Notes under the pieces: generated by a model
What the model saw: the letters and a program-made list of their open reading frames with translations, nothing else
Told to the model about the DNA's origin: nothing
Database searches by the model: none
Source: an uncultured delta proteobacterium
GTDB taxonomy: Bacteria; Myxococcota; Myxococcia; Myxococcales; Myxococcaceae
Length of the DNA: 64,000 nt
NCBI GenBank assembly: GCA_963796055.1
Contig: CAWCKH010000004.1
Span: 2,976,001 to 3,040,000 of the forward strand
Direction: 5' to 3'
In this document: positions 58,918 through 64,000 of the stretch, piece by piece
Numbering within the stretch: position 1 is the stretch's first letter
Layout: each line of letters opens with the position of its first letter
Translations under genes and position numbers: made by a program

Positions 58918-61416
58918 GTGCTCGGTTTCAGCCTCTTCCAGGCCGCCGTGCTCGGCAGCGCGGTGGGCGCGATCGTCAGCGCGCGGGTTCCACCGACTTC
59001 CGGCTTCCGGGACGAGGAGCCCCCCCGGCGATTCCGGTTCCGCACCCTCATCGGCACTCCCATCGACGCGCTGGAGCGCTCCCTGCTCGACTGGCGGCTG
59101 CATGAGCTGGGGAGACAGAGCGAGCCGGCGCGCGACGTGGTGCTGGTGGGGGTGGACGACGAGACGCTGGCCAACGCCCGCGAGAACACGCACCCGGACC
59201 TGAGCGTCTGGCCCTGGCCGCGGGCGCTGCTGGGAGGGCTCGTCGGTCAGCTCGGGCGCGAGGGCGCATCCCCGGTGTTGCTCGACTGGGCGCTGGACAG
59301 GGGCAGCCCGCGGGCCGGAGGGGAGCTCTCCGACGACGAGCAGTTCCGCCGCGCGCTCGATGCGACGCCGGCCACGGTGCTCGGCTTCTCGCTGTCGGCC
59401 GCGCCTCCGCCGGCGGTCATCCGCCCGCTCCGGCCGTCGCTGGTGTTGCTGGGCACCCAGGAGAGCGACGGGCCGGCGGTGAACGAGCTGATCCGGCGGG
59501 TGCTGGCCAGCCACGCGCCGGCCTTCGCCGTGCCCGACGGGAACCGGGTGCGGGTCTGGGCCGGGGTGAGCACGGAGGAGGAGGGGCGGCAGCTGGCGCG
59601 GCGCCTCGGGGTCGGAGGGACGGCGCTGGTCCGCGACTACGGCGCGGCGGATCGGGCGTTCCAGGTCACTCCGGAGGACCTCCTGGTGCGCCTTGCGGCG
59701 GTGGAGGTTCAAGGGCTCGAGCTGGAGGACTTGCCACTGGCGCGGTCGCTCGACGTGCCGGCCCCGGTGCTGCTGGGCGCGCGCAGCAGGTACGGGCACA
59801 CCGCGCTGGCCGTCGATCAGGACGGGAAAGTGCGCGGCATCCAGCACCTCGTGCGCTGGGTGTCGCCGCAGGGCCGGGTGAGCGTGCTCCCCTCACTGGC
59901 GCTGGCCGGGGCGCTGGCCCGGGCGAACAGCCGGCAGGTGGTGTGGAGCGGGGGGCGGCTGCTGGTGGTGGGCGGAAAGGGCGTGCCGGCGGACCGGACC
60001 GGCTACGCGCTGCTCCGCTGGGATGCGGCGGAGGGGGGACGCGACGGCCGGGGCTCGCTGGAGCGAGCCATCTCCGGGTGGCGCTTCCTCCAGAACCACT
60101 TCGATGCCCAGGAGGGAGTGCCCGCGCACGCCCGCAACGATGTGCAGCGCCGGGCGGTGGTGCTGGCGGAGACGTTCCGCACCGCGGGGGCGTGGCCCTC
60201 CACGCCGCTGGGGGACGGCGTCTCGCACGCCGCCGTGGTGGGGCAGTCGCTGGAGAACTGGATCGACGGGGTGGGCATCACCCGGGCCCCGGTGCGGACC
60301 GATGTCCTCGCCACCTTCGCCCTGGCGTTCGCCGGCGGCTTCGTGGCGCTCGGGTTCAGCGGGCTGTTCCGCTCGGCCATCGGCGCGCTCCTCTACGTGC
60401 TGGCGGCGGCGGCGGTGGTGGTGGGCTGGCTCTTCTGGGTCCGGCGGCTGATGGTGGTGGACGGGGTGTGGCTGGCGGCCGGTGGGCCGCTCGTCGCCTT
60501 CGGGCTCGCCTGGCTCATCACCGGCCGGTACGCGCTGCGGACCGAGCGGCAGATGCGCGACTTCGTCTACGGGGCGCTGGGGCGCTACGTGAGCCCGGAC
60601 ATCGCCGATCAGGTGTTCCGGAACGTGGCCCTGATGCGGCCGCAGCGGCGCGAGGTGACGCTGTGCTTCGCGGATGTGGACGGGTTCCGCCGCCTCCACC
60701 AGCTGCTCCCCCCGGAGGTGCTGGTCGACCTGCTCAACACCTACTTCGGTGAGCTCACCCACCTCGTGCGGCAGACCGGCGGCCACGTCGAGTACGTGGG
60801 CGATGCGCTCATCGCGTTCTGGGGTGCGCCGGTGCGCCTGGACCGGCACGGCCCGGTGGCCTGCCGGACGGCGCTGGCCATCCGCTCCGAGCTGGTCCGG
60901 CTCCGCCCCGAGTGGCAGCGGCGCTTCGGGGTGGAGGTGCACGCCCGGATGGCGATCCACTCGGGCGAGGTGGTCGCCGGCGACATGGGCAGTGCGCTGA
61001 AGTCGAACTACACCGTGCTGGGCGACCCGGTGACGACCGCGGAGCGGCTGGAGCGGGCCAACCGGCTCTACGGGACGGAGCTGCTGGTCTCCGGCGAGAC
61101 GCGGCGCCTGGCTGGGGAGGAGTTCGTGTTCCGCGAGCTGGACGTGGTGACCGTGGGCGCCGGGTCGCAGACGCTCTACGAGCTGCTGTGCCGCCGCGGT
61201 GAGGTGCCCTCCGCGCTGGTCCCCATCCTCCAGGGCTGGCCGGAGGCGCTGGCCCGGGTGCGCCGGCGCGACTTCGGCGGCGCCCTGGCGTTCTTCGCGC
61301 AGCACGCGGCCGTCGATCCGGTCTCGGCGCGCTGGGCCGAGCGGGTACGCGGGTATCTGGCGCACCCGCCGCCCCCGGACTGGGATGGGCGGGGGGACCT
61401 CCGGCGGGGAGCCTGA
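58918..61416 (+). CDS. CHASE2-domain class III cyclase homolog with degenerate active site
   Basis: WPWPR CHASE2; three TM helices; FADVDGF, VEYVGD, NYTVLGDPVTTAERLE; start uncertain. Confidence 0.9.
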   Translation: MLGFSLFQAAVLGSAVGAIVSARVPPTSGFRDEEPPRRFRFRTLIGTPIDALERSLLDWRLHELGRQSEPARDVVLVGVDDETLANARENTHPDLSVWPWPRALLGGLVGQLGREGASPVLLDWALDRGSPRAGGELSDDEQFRRALDATPATVLGFSLSAAPPPAVIRPLRPSLVLLGTQESDGPAVNELIRRVLASHAPAFAVPDGNRVRVWAGVSTEEEGRQLARRLGVGGTALVRDYGAADRAFQVTPEDLLVRLAAVEVQGLELEDLPLARSLDVPAPVLLGARSRYGHTALAVDQDGKVRGIQHLVRWVSPQGRVSVLPSLALAGALARANSRQVVWSGGRLLVVGGKGVPADRTGYALLRWDAAEGGRDGRGSLERAISGWRFLQNHFDAQEGVPAHARNDVQRRAVVLAETFRTAGAWPSTPLGDGVSHAAVVGQSLENWIDGVGITRAPVRTDVLATFALAFAGGFVALGFSGLFRSAIGALLYVLAAAAVVVGWLFWVRRLMVVDGVWLAAGGPLVAFGLAWLITGRYALRTERQMRDFVYGALGRYVSPDIADQVFRNVALMRPQRREVTLCFADVDGFRRLHQLLPPEVLVDLLNTYFGELTHLVRQTGGHVEYVGDALIAFWGAPVRLDRHGPVACRTALAIRSELVRLRPEWQRRFGVEVHARMAIHSGEVVAGDMGSALKSNYTVLGDPVTTAERLERANRLYGTELLVSGETRRLAGEEFVFRELDVVTVGAGSQTLYELLCRRGEVPSALVPILQGWPEALARVRRRDFGGALAFFAQHAAVDPVSARWAERVRGYLAHPPPPDWDGRGDLRRGA

Positions 61417-61525
61417 GCGCGTCGGGGTGCACGAGGGACTCCCGCCGGGGCTGTCGGTCGCCGACAACGAGCTCGGGTGGCGGATGTCGCTGGGCAAGCT
61501 CGCGGCGCTGGTCGAGAGCAACTGA
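61417..61525 (+). pseudogene. SRPBCC/AHSA1-family C-terminal remnant
   Basis: VHEGLPPG...DNELGWRMSLGKLAALVE* with no start. Confidence 0.65.
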
Positions 61526-61532
61526 AGCGCGC

Positions 61533-62394
61533 TCAGGGCTGAGCCTGGCTCGTTGCTGTCCCGCCGGTGCCGGTCCTGGGCGGCTCGAGGACGATGTGCA
61601 CCGCGCCGTTCACCGCGAGCTCAGGTGAGTTGGGGAGCCGCCGCGGCGGGGCGTCGCTCGCGGGCGAGGTGCGGATTCTGGTTCGCCGTCACCCCTTCGG
61701 CCACCAGGAAGTCCCGGACGCGCTCGGCGCGCTTGCCGGAGAGCGCGAGCGCCGCCTTGCGAGAGCCACGGCTCGGTGGACGGGCCTCGACCCGCGCGGT
61801 GCGGCTGGCGCTCTTGAGGTACTCCGCCACCTGGCTGAGCCGGTCGCGCCCTCCGGGGAGAAGATCGGCGCGCCCGCGGTCGAACAGCTGTCCTCCGGGG
61901 AGGGTGATGACCGTCCCCTGGGGAAGGTCGCGAATCTCCGCCTTCTGCGCGAGCACCGCCCTGCTCTGGGCGAGGCGGGCCTCGGCGGCGTCGTGGGCGG
62001 CCTTCTCCTTCTCCAGCTCGACCTGGGTCAGCATCAGCTTCTGCTGTGCCTCGTCGAGGAGCTGCTGCTTGGTGATCCGGACGGCCTGCAGCGTCCGGTC
62101 GCGCTCGGCGGCGAGCTCGTGCGTCCGGCCCAGTGCTTCGGCGGCCTGGATCTTCAGCATCGCGACCACTGCCCGGTCGTCGACCACCTTGGGCTCGCCC
62201 GTCTCGAGGCCCTTCTCGGCGAGGTCCAGCCATTTCTTTGCCGTGGCGAGGTCGGCCGGGCTCGCCTCGGCCGCCGGTCCGTCGAGAGCCTTCTGGTAGG
62301 CCGCACGCGCCTCGTCGAGCCGGTCGGTCCGCTGGAGGTGGACGCATCCGGCGGAGAGCGCCGTCGCCAGGGCGAGCGGGGTGGCGATCCTCAC
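61533..62394 (-). CDS. DUF4398/OmpA-like lipoprotein with a 1-nt frameshift near 61677
   Basis: Lipobox LSAGC; LFDRGRADL, LSGKRAERVRDFL; the OmpA-like end NGAVHIVL continues in another frame. Confidence 0.75.
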
Positions 62395-62762
62395 TGGGAG
62401 CCTCCCGCCTCGGCGGGGCCGCCGCCCTTGCGGAGCGCATCGAGCTGCGCGTGGGCCTGCTCCGCCTCGGACCGGGCGAGCTGCTCGCGGGCCAGGGCGT
62501 TGGCCAGCTCGGCCTGGGCGCGGGCGATCTCCAGCTTGCGGGCCGCGGCCTCCGGGTCTTCCTTGTTCACTTCCTTGGCGGAGGCGATGGAGTCGCGGGC
62601 CTCCTGGAGGTGGAGCTTCGCCTGAGGCGCGCGCTCGGCGCCAATCTCCTGGGCTGCCCGGACCTCGGCCTCCGCCTGGGCGAGCCGCTCCGCCGGGAGC
62701 GGCGGTGCACCGGCACAGGCCCAGCCGAACGCCACCAGCGCTCCTGCTGTCCACCTTCGCAT
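62391..62762 (-). CDS. DUF4398 lipoprotein
   Basis: GGAGG RBS; GWAC lipobox-like; AEVRAAQEIGA..PQAKLHL..AQAELA. Confidence 0.85.
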   Translation of the reverse strand: MRRWTAGALVAFGWACAGAPPLPAERLAQAEAEVRAAQEIGAERAPQAKLHLQEARDSIASAKEVNKEDPEAAARKLEIARAQAELANALAREQLARSEAEQAHAQLDALRKGGGPAEAGGSQ

Positions 62763-62848
62763 GAAGCTTTCCTCCACCGCCGTTCGGCGAAGGTGAGCAC
62801 GCAGGGTTCGACGGGCAACGGCGCGGCCCGCGGCTTGCGCCACTCGCC

Positions 62849-63199
62849 TCAGTCCTCGCGGGGGCCTTTGAGCGCCTCGACGGGGTGGTCCTGCCCCACG
62901 TGCTCGACGAGGACGCGGCGGATGCCCTCGGGGGTCATCCGGCCGTAGTGCACCTCGTCCTCCCAGCCCATCAGCTGAAAGTCCTCCTGGCGGAATGGAT
63001 CCGAGGGACGAGGGCGCTCCTCGCGGACGACCACATTGGCCCCGAGGTGGCAGAGCCCGTAGCAGCCGCCGCGGGCGAGCGTGCACCGGCCGCGCAGCTC
63101 CAGCTCCTTCACCGCGTCCTGCGCCGCGGCGGCCACGCGCTCGGCGCCGTTGCGACGGCAGTCCGGCCCCTTGCAGATGGAGACGCGGTAGGTGGGCAC
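62849..63199 (-). CDS. Thioredoxin-like [2Fe-2S] ferredoxin
   Basis: ICKGPDC..GCYGLC. Confidence 0.88.
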   Translation of the reverse strand: MPTYRVSICKGPDCRRNGAERVAAAAQDAVKELELRGRCTLARGGCYGLCHLGANVVVREERPRPSDPFRQEDFQLMGWEDEVHYGRMTPEGIRRVLVEHVGQDHPVEALKGPRED

Positions 63200-63212
63200 G
63201 GGGAAACCAGTC

Positions 63213-64000
63213 TTACGGCGTCGGGGCGGCGGGAGGAAGAGAGGCCCGTCCGGCCGTTTGCTCCTCGGTGGTGAGTCGCCGGTCCTCGCGGCGAACGAAG
63301 GGCCAGTAGACCGCGATGGCCAGGCCCAGGGTGACGAGCTGGAGCACGACGGCGCGCGGGTCACCGCCGGTGGTCAGCCAGGCCCCGACCGGCGCCGGCA
63401 AGGTCCAGAGCGTCTCGAGGTACGGGGGGTGGACCCAGCCGAGGCGGATGGCTCCCCAGGCGACCGAGGCCGAGAGCAAGGGGGCGAGGACGAAGGGGAC
63501 CGCGAGCCGCGGGTTCAAGACCACGGGCACGCCGAAGAGCAGCGGCTCGTTGATGTTGCAGAGCGCCGGGACGATGCCGGCGCGGCCCACGGCCCGGAGC
63601 TGCGTAGAGCGGCAGCGGAGCAGGAGGAGTCCCAGCGCCAGCGCCGTGCCCGAGCCGCCCTGCCAGACGAACCAGAGGAAGAAGTGGAGCGGGGCGACGT
63701 GCGGAGGGGCAGCGTGCGCGGCCACGGCTTCCATGTTGGCGACCAGCATCGCCTCCCAGACCGGACGCATCGCGGCAGTGAGCGCCGCGGGGTGGACGCC
63801 GAGGAACCACAGGACGCTGTCCAGCACGACCAGGGTGACCACGCCTCCGAACGAGTCCGCGGCGTGGATCAGTGGGGCGACCGCGCGCTCGAGCAGGGTG
63901 ATGAGGTCGAGGCCGGCGACGTGGACCGCGACGAACACGCCGCCCAGCACCAGTGCCGCGGGGACGAGCGCGACGAAGCTCCGGACGACGACCTCGGGGG
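63213..64000 (-). CDS. PTS lactose/cellobiose-family IIC component (partial, runs off window)
   Basis: LWFLGVHP, GGSGTAL, NINEPLLFGVPVVLNP, WTLPAP, YWPF. Confidence 0.9.
   Translation of the reverse strand, partial: PEVVVRSFVALVPAALVLGGVFVAVHVAGLDLITLLERAVAPLIHAADSFGGVVTLVVLDSVLWFLGVHPAALTAAMRPVWEAMLVANMEAVAAHAAPPHVAPLHFFLWFVWQGGSGTALALGLLLLRCRSTQLRAVGRAGIVPALCNINEPLLFGVPVVLNPRLAVPFVLAPLLSASVAWGAIRLGWVHPPYLETLWTLPAPVGAWLTTGGDPRAVVLQLVTLGLAIAVYWPFVRREDRRLTTEEQTAGRASLPPAAPTP

Overview
High-GC myxobacterial (Myxococcota) chromosome segment, assigned from a MYXO-CTERM-type protease and the gene content. It has two parts. (1) About 1-24.5 kb is a decayed, multi-layer accessory island abutting the 3' end of a minus-strand tRNA-Gln(CTG) at 24478-24548. 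A 22-bp copy of the tRNA 3' end at 17496-17517 delimits an inner, integrase-less ~7-kb element. This element carries an ECF sigma factor, a membrane Ser/Thr kinase with TPR-like repeats and a di-haem cytochrome c lipoprotein, linked by three copies of an identically spaced promoter-like motif (TGGCCG-N14-TTCCGTACG). Paired GCGCAAC arm-type repeats flank it and recur at ~4.1 kb as a core-less attP-like junction. The outer island holds redox/stress genes, an ISCR/IS91-like transposase pseudogene with two oriIS ends, and many gene fragments. (2) About 24.5-64 kb is mostly core genome: gltX, rpmB, purN/purM, a CHASE2 adenylate cyclase-Crp-phosphodiesterase cluster, accD, folC, an AMIN protein, LptD, a TetR-enoyl-CoA hydratase-BKACE operon, a serA-like gene, a small membrane protein cluster, a second degenerate CHASE2 cyclase, an OmpA/DUF4398 pair and a PTS IIC. 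All calls come from reading motifs by eye; no database searches were run.
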